Origin: Candidatus Omnitrophota bacterium
Lineage (GTDB): Bacteria; Omnitrophota; Gorgyraeia; 2-01-FULL-45-10
Direction of reading: 5' to 3'
Assembly: GCA_020057115.1 (NCBI GenBank)
Contig: JAGVGJ010000018.1
Coordinates: 6,067-70,066, forward strand
DNA: 64,000 bases
The notes beneath the pieces are model-generated. The model was not told where the DNA came from. It saw nothing but the letters and a program-made list of their open reading frames with translations, and did not search any database. This document shows positions 19,411 to 29,349 of the stretch, in pieces; within the stretch, counting starts at the first letter, position 1; each line of letters begins with the position of its first letter. The position numbers and the translations under genes were made by a program.

Positions 19411-20039
19411 CTCTTTGCCACCACTATATATTGCTCCGTCAAATAATCGCTTAAGGCGCCCCTAAGCATCTTGTTGATGAACTTTTTTGATTTCGAACCT
19501 GCGAGCTTCTTCCTGATATTGACTATCTCAAGCTCCGCGTCCTTAAGCAGTTCCTCTATGTTATGAAGCGCGAAGAAGCGCAGATGCGTCTTATCGAAGA
19601 CTCCTCGATCCGTATAGTCCCACTTCTTCTTCCACAGCATCTTTATCGTCCTGTAATGGGCGACATTGGGTATGCTGATGACAACATGCCCCCCCGGCTT
19701 AATAAATTCCCGATGCCTGATGATAAGGCTCCACGGGTCTATCAGGTGCTCGAGCACATCGCCGTAGATTATGCAGTCAAAATACCCTTTTGAGAACGGA
19801 AGCTCAAGCGTCTCTACGTTGCCTACTATGACCTTGTCCAGATTGGCCTTCGCCTGCTCGGCCGCGTCATTCATTATCTCGATACCTGTGACCTCGACCC
19901 GGGAACCGCGTTTCTCTTTTATCGCGCGGCCCGTCAGGCCTGCGCCGCACCCGACCTCCAGGATCTTAAGCGCCCCTTCAGGCAGGACGTCGATTATGTC
20001 ATCCCTTATGGCCGTATAATATTCCGGTTTCTTTTTCAT
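19407..20039 (-). CDS. Class I SAM-dependent methyltransferase
   Basis: 210 aa with a glycine-rich motif I (LEVGCGAGLTG) and an acidic motif II (DCIIYGDVLEH). Confidence 0.75.
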   Translation of the reverse strand: MKKKPEYYTAIRDDIIDVLPEGALKILEVGCGAGLTGRAIKEKRGSRVEVTGIEIMNDAAEQAKANLDKVIVGNVETLELPFSKGYFDCIIYGDVLEHLIDPWSLIIRHREFIKPGGHVVISIPNVAHYRTIKMLWKKKWDYTDRGVFDKTHLRFFALHNIEELLKDAELEIVNIRKKLAGSKSKKFINKMLRGALSDYLTEQYIVVAKR

Positions 20040-20863
20040 TTTTTATTCAGCTTTCCGTAGCATAGCTCTCTATACTTTGCCCATTTCATGAAATTGATAA
20101 ATGAAAAGAGTATCCCGAAGACAAGGCCGTAAAAACCTTCCTTATGCCCCTGTTTCTTAACGTATGATTTCCAGAACATCTTAAGCGATTTGCCTATCAT
20201 ATTCTTGCGGATGGCCTTTTCCGGCAATATGCCTTCGGTCTTGACCAGCTCCTCGGCGGCGATATCCGTGTAGCGGTTCTGCCTGGCGACGAACTGGCCT
20301 ATGCTATCGAAAGGATAATGCTCGATATCTCCGTCGATAGTGCCCATCCTGCCTTTATATACAGGCACTTCGTGTACCACCCCTTCGTACTTTACAGCTT
20401 TGCGGTTTATCAGATTAGGTATAAAGTGGTGGAATCCTCCGTGGTCCATTGGATGGCCCAAAAAGAAGTTCTTGCGCCTGAATTTATAGACCACGATATC
20501 TGTGCCGGCATCTCTTGCGATCGCATCTTCGCACTTCTTCTTGAAATCATCGGTAACAACATCGTCGGCGTCAAGTTGAAGGACCCAGTCATTTCTGGCC
20601 GTATCATTGCCGATATTTCTATCATCGGCGAATGCTCCGGTGAACTTATGCGGTACTACCTTGGCGCTGTATGATGCACATATCTCATGCGTGCGGTCCG
20701 TGCTTAAGCCGTCCACGACTATGACCTCATCGGCCCAACCGGTGATGCTTTTAAGGCAGTTGCCTATCTTCTTCTCTTCGTTCTTTGCGATTATGACAGC
20801 GGATATTTTATTTTTCATTTTTCCCCGGACCCTGGACCCTTGCCCCTTGACCCTCTTTTGCAT
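20036..20863 (-). CDS. GT2 family glycosyltransferase, paralog a
   Basis: The more likely start is the internal Met at 20817 (MKNKISAVIIAKNEE…DAD), because GGAGA abuts the 20863 ATG with no spacer. It is a GT-A fold paralog of the next gene. Confidence 0.7.
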   Translation of the reverse strand: MQKRVKGQGSRVRGKMKNKISAVIIAKNEEKKIGNCLKSITGWADEVIVVDGLSTDRTHEICASYSAKVVPHKFTGAFADDRNIGNDTARNDWVLQLDADDVVTDDFKKKCEDAIARDAGTDIVVYKFRRKNFFLGHPMDHGGFHHFIPNLINRKAVKYEGVVHEVPVYKGRMGTIDGDIEHYPFDSIGQFVARQNRYTDIAAEELVKTEGILPEKAIRKNMIGKSLKMFWKSYVKKQGHKEGFYGLVFGILFSFINFMKWAKYRELCYGKLNKK

Positions 20864-21611
20864 TCTCCAACATTTCTTTGTATTTAATGTAACTCATGAA
20901 CTGGTATGTCGCGCCGGCCCACGATACTACATATCCGAGAAGCCCATCCTTGAAGCCGCCCTTCTGGACATATGCTTTAAGAAAACGGCTCGCGGCCTTC
21001 CTCTTCATCTTTATGAAATTCACCGGCCGGCGCTCTTTGAACCACTTCTTCGCTTCGAGAGTCGTCTGGTTATTAAGGCTTATCAGGAAATCGTGGTAGT
21101 CCTTATATGAATAATGAACAATATCGCTCTTAAGGTGCCCGCATGTCCCGTCGATAAATACCCTGGGATGGACTTCCGCCTCTTCATACTTAAAACAGCT
21201 CTTATCGAACAGCCTCACCTTCGGTGCAGGATACCATCCGGCGTATCTTATCCAGCGCTTGCCTATATATGTCTTTATCGGGATCGTATATGCCTTATGT
21301 TCCATCTTGCTATATAATAGCGCCCTTAACACCTCCGCCAGTTCCGGGCTTATTCTTTCATCGGCATCAAGGCTCAATACCCACGTATTTCTGGCAAGGC
21401 TATAAGCATAATTACGATGCCTTCCTTCGATGTCCATCTTCCGGGTAAACACCTTATCCGTATACCGCTTTGCTATTTCAATGGTCTTGTCCGTAGAATT
21501 ATCGTCAAGCACCACTATCTCATCGGCGAACTGGGCCGACTTCAGGCACAGAGCGATATTATCTTCTTCATTCTTAGTTATTACGACAATTGATATCCGA
21601 ACCTTTTCCAT
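20808..21611 (-). CDS. GT2 family glycosyltransferase, paralog b
   Basis: 267 aa (MEKVRISIVVITKNEE…DDNSTD…DAD). The Gly/Gln-rich C-terminal tail is encoded by repeat R1. Confidence 0.7.
   Translation of the reverse strand: MEKVRISIVVITKNEEDNIALCLKSAQFADEIVVLDDNSTDKTIEIAKRYTDKVFTRKMDIEGRHRNYAYSLARNTWVLSLDADERISPELAEVLRALLYSKMEHKAYTIPIKTYIGKRWIRYAGWYPAPKVRLFDKSCFKYEEAEVHPRVFIDGTCGHLKSDIVHYSYKDYHDFLISLNNQTTLEAKKWFKERRPVNFIKMKRKAASRFLKAYVQKGGFKDGLLGYVVSWAGATYQFMSYIKYKEMLENAKEGQGARVQGPGKNEK
20825..20854. repeat. Heptanucleotide (AGGGTCC on the coding strand) repeat block R1, 8-37 nt upstream of the GT2 paralog-a start
   Basis: ccggaccctggacccttgccccttgaccct is 28/30 nt identical to 21627-21656. 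It lies within the C-terminal tail codons (…EGQGARVQGPGKNEK) of GT2 paralog b. Confidence 0.7.
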
Positions 21612-21626
21612 TATCTCCCCTATTTT

Positions 21627-21656
21627 CTGGACCCTGGACCCTTGCCCCTGGACCCT
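21627..21656. repeat. Heptanucleotide repeat block R2 (ggaccct ggaccct tgcccct ggaccct) in the 45-nt spacer upstream of the GT2 paralog-b start
   Basis: Four tandem 7-mers, one of them variant, directly between the TAA of 21657..22679 and the ATG at 21611. Confidence 0.7.
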
Positions 21657-22679
21657 TTAATAATATCTTACCTTCGCTCTGTGGATGAACCCGAGCTTAT
21701 CCATGACTCGCCCGAACACTTCATTTCCCACATATATCTCATCGAACTTCTTCTTCTTTTTTAATATCCTGAAAGCGGACTTAATATAATAATTATCCTG
21801 ATCGAGGCTCACCTTTATTATATTCGAATGTTCCGGCATGGCCACCGCATCCTTAAAGAAGAACCATACCCAGTTGCCGAGCCTTGCGAGCTTCAATGAT
21901 TCGACTTCGAGACGCTTCAGCTCATTATCATCGCAGGCATCGAGCACATAGGCGATCCTTCTGGGCTTTCCCCACCTGGTCTCGAATATCTCCCTGTTGC
22001 GCTCAAAATCCTCGTTAAACGTCTTCAAGAGTTTGAACGACGCATTCTCCCTGTGATAGACATACGCGCCGCAGGCCCTGACGCATTTAAATCCTTCTTT
22101 AACGGCCCTTCTCGAGTAGTCGGTATCCTCGAAGTTCCCCATGCCGTATATCTCGTCGAACGCGCCTATCCTGTTTATAACTTCGCGCTTAATAAGCATG
22201 CAAAACCCGGTTACAGCGCCCAGCTCTGCGGACCTGTCGGACTCTTTCTTAAGCCTGTGGGCGTACAGCTCGACCGGCTCTCCGGGGTTAGGCCGCTGGC
22301 CTAGATTATTGCTCGAAGGGTTGACCAGGCCTGTCTCTTTCGAGCGGCCCGCTATATCTATCATCGTCTTAAGCCAGCCGTCATAGACTATCGTATCATT
22401 GTTAAGAAGGCAGACATACGGCGCGTCCGAAAGTTCCATCCCTTTATTCACTGCCTTTATGAAGCCTAGATTATTCTCATTTCTTGCGACTTTAACGAGC
22501 GGCTTCTTCAGGGCTTCCAGCTTCTCGAGATAATCTTTTGTCGGCGCGTCGCTCGCATTATCGATCATGATAAGCCGATAATCGACTTCGGTTGTATTCC
22601 TGAATATCGACTCGATGCAGTCCCTGGTGAACTCAAGCTGGTTCCATACAGGTATTATTATGTCGCATTCCGTCATCAT
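21657..22679 (-). CDS. GT2 family glycosyltransferase with a C-terminal extension, first of a tandem triplet
   Basis: 340 aa carrying DIIIPVWNQ…IDNASD…NNDT…EDTDYS motifs. Confidence 0.75.
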   Translation of the reverse strand: MMTECDIIIPVWNQLEFTRDCIESIFRNTTEVDYRLIMIDNASDAPTKDYLEKLEALKKPLVKVARNENNLGFIKAVNKGMELSDAPYVCLLNNDTIVYDGWLKTMIDIAGRSKETGLVNPSSNNLGQRPNPGEPVELYAHRLKKESDRSAELGAVTGFCMLIKREVINRIGAFDEIYGMGNFEDTDYSRRAVKEGFKCVRACGAYVYHRENASFKLLKTFNEDFERNREIFETRWGKPRRIAYVLDACDDNELKRLEVESLKLARLGNWVWFFFKDAVAMPEHSNIIKVSLDQDNYYIKSAFRILKKKKKFDEIYVGNEVFGRVMDKLGFIHRAKVRYY

Positions 22680-23716
22680 TTCCTCGCGGCCTGTCTGACG
22701 AGTTCAGTTATTTTGTCTTGATCATTATGGATATCAGCCAAATAGACATCAGGCCTTATCCTCGACAGCTCTTTTTGGAGATGCTCATCGTCTGTAAAGA
22801 TCATGCTGTAGCGCTTCTCCGGCTTCTTCCGGTTGTTAAGATATACCGCCATATCGAATAACGGCTCACTGAAAAAATATGGGAAACGCCTCTCTCTTAT
22901 ATTGATATGCCTAAAATTAAAAGCTCTTTTTGCGCGCCACAGGTAAACTATATGCTGGTCTCTCGCCATAGAGAACAATGTCTCGGAGAGAAGCGAGCCG
23001 TCCGTGCGCTTAGTTATAATAAATAATAATTTCATCCGCTTGCCCCATTTTGAATAAAATAGCGCTTTATTCTTTTCGTGGAGCTCGCGCCTATGCTCAT
23101 CCTTAAATAACTCGGAAAACGTAGCGTCGCCCAGATGCTCGACAAAGACATTGTTCGCCCTCACGCACCTGTAGCCGGCACGTATGGCCCTCACAGAAAG
23201 GTCGTCATCGTCATAATAGCCAAGCCCGTACGACTCGTCCAGGCCGCCTATCTTCTCCAGCACCTCTCTCTTTATAAGGACACAGTAGCCGCGGCAGAAA
23301 TCTATCTCTATGAATGCTGCATCTCTGGAGATCTTCTTCTTTATCTCGAACCTTGGATTGACAAGCCCTGTCTCTTTGGCGGCTTCGGCGACGTCGACCA
23401 GGGCCGACAGCCACTTGTCCGTACGAACGATCGTGTCATTATTCATTATGCATACATATGGGGCCTTGGATGATCTTATCCCCTGATTTATCGCCTTCAC
23501 CCAGCCAATGTTTTCGGCATTACGCATGAGAGTGATATCTTTATCCGATGCCGCTTCTCTCTCTAAGAGCTCCCTGGCATTCTGGTCGCTGGCATTATCT
23601 ATGATGATCACGCGGTGCGGAAGATCCGAATGCTTCCTGATGCTCTCAAGACAGCCTGCGGTGATCTCAGGCTGATTGTATACCGGGATTATTATATCGA
23701 CCTTGCTATTTGGCAC
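22676..23716 (-). CDS. GT2 family glycosyltransferase, second of the triplet
   Basis: 346 aa carrying DIIIPVYNQ…IDNASD…YYDDDDLS. It has a 4-nt overlap with the downstream gene. Confidence 0.75.
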   Translation of the reverse strand: MPNSKVDIIIPVYNQPEITAGCLESIRKHSDLPHRVIIIDNASDQNARELLEREAASDKDITLMRNAENIGWVKAINQGIRSSKAPYVCIMNNDTIVRTDKWLSALVDVAEAAKETGLVNPRFEIKKKISRDAAFIEIDFCRGYCVLIKREVLEKIGGLDESYGLGYYDDDDLSVRAIRAGYRCVRANNVFVEHLGDATFSELFKDEHRRELHEKNKALFYSKWGKRMKLLFIITKRTDGSLLSETLFSMARDQHIVYLWRAKRAFNFRHINIRERRFPYFFSEPLFDMAVYLNNRKKPEKRYSMIFTDDEHLQKELSRIRPDVYLADIHNDQDKITELVRQAARK

Positions 23717-24887
23717 CCTTATCCCTCGACTCTTTTATCTCTATCGCGGTCCTTCTTCCTTCTTCCAGCTTATTTGACGCGCCATCTGCCAGCGGCGAGG
23801 CCACCAGCCTGACTTTTAAAACCTTCGCCAGGGCCGACAAGACTTTCGGCGTATCGCCTGAAAGCGATATGATCGCGTCGAACCGCTTTGCAGCCATGCG
23901 TTTTCTTATCCTCTCGATAAGTTTCCCAGAAAGTGCCAGGTCATAAACCGCGTCCGGCAGATTGAAATAGTCTATCCTTATATTCTGGTGGGGCGTGAGT
24001 CCTTCGGTCTTCATGCAATCGTTTATCGCCTTTTCAAGCGTCTTGGCATCCCCGGGATAATTTATCCATAGATGGACCCAGGACCACTCGCGAGCCAAGC
24101 CGTAAACGAACTTGACCATATCCGAGACGGGCTTCGGGTCTATCTCTTTAAGCGAAACAGTCGCGCCGAGCCTCAGGTGCTTGCCCCATTTCCCGTAATA
24201 TATTTTCTGGTTGCGCTGGACCCATTCCTCGCGGTTACCGGCCTTATCGAATGACGCGTGCTCCCTGTGATAGACATACGAATCGGCTATTGCCACAGAC
24301 CTGTATCCCGCCTTGTGCGCGCGCATGGAATAGTCCGTATCGTCATAGCCGCCTATCCCGAAAGCCTCATCGAGCGAGCCTATCTTATCGATGATCTCTC
24401 GCTTAACCAGCATGCAGAAGCCCTGGCACTGGTTCATCTCCATGTACTGGCCTTTGCGCTTCTCAAGGCTCCTGGCGTAAGTCGCGACCGGAATATTCCC
24501 GTGGCCGTTACACTGAGGATTTATTAAACCGACATCAGGGTGCGACTGGGCAAAATCAATCATCCTCTCAAGCCAACCAGGCGCAGCGATGGTGTCATTG
24601 TTCATCATGACGACATATGGCGCGGCGGATATAGCGAGCCCCTGGTTTATCGCCTTTATATACCCCAGGTTCTCTTCATTTCTTATGAGCTCCACATCGA
24701 TCGAACGGTCCTTCTTCAGGCCTTCGAGGTAATGCTTGGTATCGTTAGCGCTGGCATTATCTACCAGTATCAGCCTGTAAGGGCATTCTGTATTCTTCGC
24801 GATATTCTCGACGCAATCCTTCGTATATGAAAGATTGTTCCAGACAGGTATGATTATGTCGCACTTGGCATCGCGCTTCGTCGTCAT
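23706..24887 (-). CDS. GT2 family glycosyltransferase, third of the triplet
   Basis: 393 aa carrying DIIIPVWNN…VDNASAND…YDDTDYS and a longer C-terminal domain. Confidence 0.75.
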   Translation of the reverse strand: MTTKRDAKCDIIIPVWNNLSYTKDCVENIAKNTECPYRLILVDNASANDTKHYLEGLKKDRSIDVELIRNEENLGYIKAINQGLAISAAPYVVMMNNDTIAAPGWLERMIDFAQSHPDVGLINPQCNGHGNIPVATYARSLEKRKGQYMEMNQCQGFCMLVKREIIDKIGSLDEAFGIGGYDDTDYSMRAHKAGYRSVAIADSYVYHREHASFDKAGNREEWVQRNQKIYYGKWGKHLRLGATVSLKEIDPKPVSDMVKFVYGLAREWSWVHLWINYPGDAKTLEKAINDCMKTEGLTPHQNIRIDYFNLPDAVYDLALSGKLIERIRKRMAAKRFDAIISLSGDTPKVLSALAKVLKVRLVASPLADGASNKLEEGRRTAIEIKESRDKGAK

Positions 24888-25948
24888 TTCACAAGCCCGC
24901 TCTCTATCAACGCGTCCGACACTTTATCGGAAACGAACTCCGTACCTTTCGGGGAGAGATGGACATAGGTATAGAGCAAGCCTTCTTTTGTGCCATCTAT
25001 ATTGAGCTTATCAAAATCGAGCAGGGGCACATTCTCCTCTTTTGCTATCTGCCTTAAAGTATCTGTTATGAGCTTCTTGGCTTTAGAATAGTGCGAAGGA
25101 TCGATAAGCTGTGTGGCGAGCAAAACCTTTACGTTATTATCTTTAGCGATCCAAAGTATCGTCCTGATGTTTCTTCTGTAGGTTTCTGCAAGATAGGCCA
25201 ACTTCCTGCCCTCGTCCGTGATGAACTCATTATGCTCCGGAGGCACGGGCTTGACATATATATTAGCCGGCACAACCTTAGCATACCATGTTTGCGTCCT
25301 CCATATGGAGCGCAAGCGAAAATCAAAATACGCAAATAGAGCGGAATGCTTATTTAGCCAACTCAAGACAGGCGAGCCGTAAAGCTGGGGGCCGTCATCT
25401 CTCGAATAATACGGTGATAGCTCTGTGTGCGCGTCATTATATGTGCTATACAGCACGATCACATCCGGATGATGTCGCAGGACCCTGTGGTAGAATAGAC
25501 TTAATATCTCGCTCGTGGTATATCCGTATCTGCCGGCATTTACAGACTCTATCTTCTTGCCGAGCTTCTTTGAAAGCTTCTCTCCGACAAGGTTGGCCCA
25601 TGTCTTGTCATCGGCGACATAAGGGTCAAATGTAGCAGACCCTCCGAAACAAAATATCCTGGTGACATCTTTAGGCTTTATCGGGTCATAGTCAGGTGCG
25701 CCCCTGAAACCCCATCTGTTTACAGATATCTTTCGCGGGTTATAAGAGTCGTAGATGATCTTAAGGCCGGGTTGGAGGTCAAAATTAAAATAACCGTTAG
25801 GTATAGCTATGCACTCCGGCATATTATGCGTGTATGGCGGAGTAACGCCTTTAATATGGTCGTACAACCTCAACATCGTTTCTCCCGATACGACAAACAA
25901 GATAAACGAGATCGAGATCGCTATTATCGCGAAAAATAAATTTTTCAT
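24884..25948 (-). CDS. SGNH/GDSL-type hydrolase (putative glycan O-acyl esterase or acyltransferase), membrane anchored
   Basis: 354 aa with an N-terminal TM helix and an FCFGGSAT block I with a catalytic serine. Confidence 0.55.
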   Translation of the reverse strand: MKNLFFAIIAISISFILFVVSGETMLRLYDHIKGVTPPYTHNMPECIAIPNGYFNFDLQPGLKIIYDSYNPRKISVNRWGFRGAPDYDPIKPKDVTRIFCFGGSATFDPYVADDKTWANLVGEKLSKKLGKKIESVNAGRYGYTTSEILSLFYHRVLRHHPDVIVLYSTYNDAHTELSPYYSRDDGPQLYGSPVLSWLNKHSALFAYFDFRLRSIWRTQTWYAKVVPANIYVKPVPPEHNEFITDEGRKLAYLAETYRRNIRTILWIAKDNNVKVLLATQLIDPSHYSKAKKLITDTLRQIAKEENVPLLDFDKLNIDGTKEGLLYTYVHLSPKGTEFVSDKVSDALIESGLVK

Positions 25949-27048
25949 GCAGGCATCACTCCCTTTTTAAGCAGCGTATCGGCGGCCAAGATAACATCTT
26001 TTGGTTTTATATTCTTCAGGCAATCGAATGTGGTACATTTCGAGTATTTAAAGTTCTTATAACATGGTCGGCATGGCTCATGACTGGTCACCGCGATGTG
26101 TTTTTTGCTCGGGGGATATGGCCCGTATATCTTCTCGTTGACCGGGCCGAATATCGCAACGACATTTTTCTTTAAGGCCACAGACATGTGGGACGGCCCG
26201 CCATCATTAGTAAGTATGATGCTGCACCTGTCCAGGAGCGCGGCCAATTGCCCGATAGTAGTCTTGCCACAGACCTGCGTAGAGGGAGCTTTCATGTTTG
26301 CCGTCACATCATCGCAGACGCTCGACTCGCTGCCCTCTCCAAATACCAGGGTCTTATAGCCGTATGTCATGGAGACATGGTCGGCCACTTCCGCAAATTT
26401 CCAAGGAGACCACCTCCTGTAATTAGCATCTTTTCCCCAGCTGGCACCGCATCCGGGTATCACACCGCAGACTTCGTCTTTATCGGATATTCCGTTTTTG
26501 GCGAGAAAATCCCTGGCCCACGCCTTATCGGCGGCCCCAACAAAGAGCTCCATCTCCTTATCGTCGGTATCCAGCCCTAAAAGCCCACCCAAACCGAGAT
26601 AATAATCGATCGCATGCTTATCATTAAATCCTTTGATGTTCAGTTTGTGGGTGAGGAACTTACCGCGGTCCCTGTAATTGAAACCGACCCGGACGGGTAT
26701 GCCGACTACTAAGCCCATGAGCAGGCTGGCCATATAGCCCAGGGAAGCGTCAAAGACAATATCGAACTTCTCTTTTTTTAGCATACGCAGGAACCTGTAA
26801 AGATCCCTCAGGGCGCGGACTTTAGACTCAGCCCATACCTTTCTGTATTCGTCTTTCTCAAAGACATGGAGCTTTGATATCCTGGGATTGGCGATTAGGA
26901 TACCGAGCGCCCTTTTGTTGCACACATATGTTATGTCAGAGCCGGGATACTTCTTCTTGATGGCCTTTACCAGCGGGGTGGAGAATAGGACATCCCCTAT
27001 GCCGAAAGGATTTATGATAAGGACTTTTTTCATTTCGGTCTTTCGCAC
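25945..27048 (-). CDS. GT9 family glycosyltransferase (ADP-heptose:LPS heptosyltransferase-like)
   Basis: 367 aa. The N-terminus KVLIINPFGIGDVLFSTPL is typical of RfaF/RfaC, and the C-terminus has the GT9 pattern …NDGGPSHMSVAL…. Confidence 0.75.
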   Translation of the reverse strand: MRKTEMKKVLIINPFGIGDVLFSTPLVKAIKKKYPGSDITYVCNKRALGILIANPRISKLHVFEKDEYRKVWAESKVRALRDLYRFLRMLKKEKFDIVFDASLGYMASLLMGLVVGIPVRVGFNYRDRGKFLTHKLNIKGFNDKHAIDYYLGLGGLLGLDTDDKEMELFVGAADKAWARDFLAKNGISDKDEVCGVIPGCGASWGKDANYRRWSPWKFAEVADHVSMTYGYKTLVFGEGSESSVCDDVTANMKAPSTQVCGKTTIGQLAALLDRCSIILTNDGGPSHMSVALKKNVVAIFGPVNEKIYGPYPPSKKHIAVTSHEPCRPCYKNFKYSKCTTFDCLKNIKPKDVILAADTLLKKGVMPA

Positions 27049-28304
27049 GATATATTTCCGGCTGCGGCCAAAACGCCTGCCGATATCCAGAATAGCGCCG
27101 CAAGGTTAAGGCTGTAGAGATTCGTGTCAAAGATACTCTGTATAAGATATGCTATTATCCCGAGCACCAGTCCTACCTGCAAAGAACGTAAGAAGGCATC
27201 TTCCGTCCTGATAGCGGAAGACATCCCGCGAAAGATAAGAAACGCTATAAATGCAAGAAAACCGAGCAAGCCGACAATGCCTATGTCTGCAGCCATCTGA
27301 AAATAGCAGTTGTGCGCATACGAGCCTTTTTTGCCCTTATATTCATCATCCCGCACATTCATGTAATTCACGAAGAATGTATTTATGCCGTTTCCTATCA
27401 CTGGATGCTGCTTGAATATCTTCCAGGCATTATTCCACATTGTGCCACGATCGCTCACGCTTGCAAAAGAACCTATGCTTGCCCTCACATCTTTCTTAAG
27501 CAGTAAAGGGCTCATGAGCGCGACGAGCACCAATAGCAGGGCGAGCCCCTTTTTTATGTTGCGAAATCCCAGGAATGGGACTACTAAAAGGCTTACCAAA
27601 AATCCGAGCCATGCTCCTCTTGTCCTGGTAGCCATGAGAAAAAATAGCAACCCCGCGAATATCGCTCCGATACCAGCCCTCTTCCAGACTCCTTTTGCCC
27701 ATAACAGGGTAAATGCGGCGGCCGGGAATATCATTATCAGTATCCATGCCGCAAAATCATTCGGGAACGGGAATGAGGCGGTCGGGAACCCCAAAAATGT
27801 CGTCTTGTACGGCGACATGGCTGTAGCAAAACCAAGCATTGATGCCTGGCAATACTGGAACGACGGATACTGATGGAGTATATCAATATGCGTTACATAA
27901 TACTGTATGTAAGCATCAATCAATATAATGACGCATGATACCAGCATCATTATAGAAAAATTCTCCAGCTTCTCCTTCTTATCAAGGGCTCCCTGGGCCA
28001 CAAGGAATAATGCCGCGAACTTCAGAGTCTTTGAAAATAATGCCCTTAGGCTTAAGCTCATATATTCGGTATTGAAGAAAGACGGCAAGGATACTATCAA
28101 GAATATGATCAGCGCTATATTGACCGAGCTGTTCCTGATAAGAGGCTCACCGCACATGACCTTCTTCAGGACCAGAGCAACGATCCCGATCACGATCATT
28201 ATCTCGACAAATGATTTTGAGAATGGAAGCGTGAATATGAGGATATATAGCGACCACTCGGCTATCTTGTCCAGCGCCTGCACCAGCTGCTCTTTATTCA
28301 ACAT
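27030..28304 (-). CDS. O-antigen ligase family protein (WaaL/Wzy_C-like)
   Basis: 424 aa polytopic membrane protein with a Wzy_C-like loop (…ATRTRGAWLGFL…HNCYFQMAADIGIVG…). Confidence 0.65.
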   Translation of the reverse strand: MLNKEQLVQALDKIAEWSLYILIFTLPFSKSFVEIMIVIGIVALVLKKVMCGEPLIRNSSVNIALIIFLIVSLPSFFNTEYMSLSLRALFSKTLKFAALFLVAQGALDKKEKLENFSIMMLVSCVIILIDAYIQYYVTHIDILHQYPSFQYCQASMLGFATAMSPYKTTFLGFPTASFPFPNDFAAWILIMIFPAAAFTLLWAKGVWKRAGIGAIFAGLLFFLMATRTRGAWLGFLVSLLVVPFLGFRNIKKGLALLLVLVALMSPLLLKKDVRASIGSFASVSDRGTMWNNAWKIFKQHPVIGNGINTFFVNYMNVRDDEYKGKKGSYAHNCYFQMAADIGIVGLLGFLAFIAFLIFRGMSSAIRTEDAFLRSLQVGLVLGIIAYLIQSIFDTNLYSLNLAALFWISAGVLAAAGNISCERPK

Positions 28305-29331
28305 TATAAGCGCCTTTCTTTCTGCCGTACCGCTTGGTATCGATGAAGCTTAGGTATACCCCAAGCGAAAGCATTACGATAAAGGCGAATGCGCCGAATA
28401 TCATCGCCATGAAAGTGCTCACCTTCGTAACCGCGATCCCCATAAGCCCCAGGAAGAGACAGAAGAAATAGATGACTAGCACTGCCCCATATTTCTTGAA
28501 ACCTAAAAGCGCAAGCCTGTGGGAGGAGTGGTCTTTCCCGCCTTCAAATATAGATCTGCCCTCAAGTATCCTCATGACCGTGACTAGCGTGGTGTCGAAT
28601 ATCGGATATCCGAGTATGAGGAGCGGTATCATGAGCGACGTAGTCCAGGTATTGGTCTTCCAGCTGATCAGAACTGACAGCGTGGCAAGTATGTATCCTA
28701 TTATAAGGCTTCCCACATCACCCATAAAGATGTTTGCCTTCGGAAAATTGTGTTTCAAGAATCCAAGAGTGGCTCCGGCAAGCGCAAAGGAGAGCGCGCA
28801 TATCATCGGCTGGCCGTTCATGTATGCGACGACCCCGAGAAAGGCTGCGGCTATTGAAGCTATGCCGGATGACAGGCCATTCATGTTATCCAAAAGATTA
28901 AAGGCATTGGTTATGCCGATTATCCAGAAATACGTGAATATGACATTGAAATAATAGTTGCCCAGGAACTCCGCCCTCACGCCGGCCTTGATCGCTATCA
29001 ATGCCGCGAGAAACTGCCCCAGGAGTTTAAGCTCCGGCATCATGCCAACTTTATCGTCGATGAGGCCTATTGTCAGGAGGAGCAGACAGCCGGCCATCAT
29101 CGCTTTTACCTGGCCTGACGCCATGAGGTTTGTTTTAGTCAATACGGCTATGCTGAAGGCAAGGAATATAGCGACCCCTCCCAACAAAGGCGTAGGATGC
29201 GCGTGGACCTTATTGTCTTTCGGGTGATCAACATAATCAAGTTTTACGGCGGCTTTCTTTATAAATGGCGAGAGCGCGTAAGCCACGACCACTGCTATAA
29301 AAAATGTCTCGATTATCTGTATAATATTCAT
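28294..29331 (-). CDS. Polyprenyl-phosphate N-acetylhexosamine-1-phosphate transferase (WecA/MraY family)
   Basis: 345 aa carrying the NAFNLLDNMNGL motif and a DD-containing cytoplasmic loop (IGLIDDKVGM) typical of the MraY/WecA/TagO family. Confidence 0.8.
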   Translation of the reverse strand: MNIIQIIETFFIAVVVAYALSPFIKKAAVKLDYVDHPKDNKVHAHPTPLLGGVAIFLAFSIAVLTKTNLMASGQVKAMMAGCLLLLTIGLIDDKVGMMPELKLLGQFLAALIAIKAGVRAEFLGNYYFNVIFTYFWIIGITNAFNLLDNMNGLSSGIASIAAAFLGVVAYMNGQPMICALSFALAGATLGFLKHNFPKANIFMGDVGSLIIGYILATLSVLISWKTNTWTTSLMIPLLILGYPIFDTTLVTVMRILEGRSIFEGGKDHSSHRLALLGFKKYGAVLVIYFFCLFLGLMGIAVTKVSTFMAMIFGAFAFIVMLSLGVYLSFIDTKRYGRKKGAYNVE

Positions 29332-29349
29332 ATCGCGTCCGCCGTCTTT

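Noticed and set aside
20825-21656. Considered whether the repeated 30-nt blocks could be a minimal CRISPR array
   Set aside because: There are only two copies, about 800 nt apart, each overlapping or abutting coding sequence. They are internally heptameric and no cas genes are present. The blocks are not a CRISPR array.
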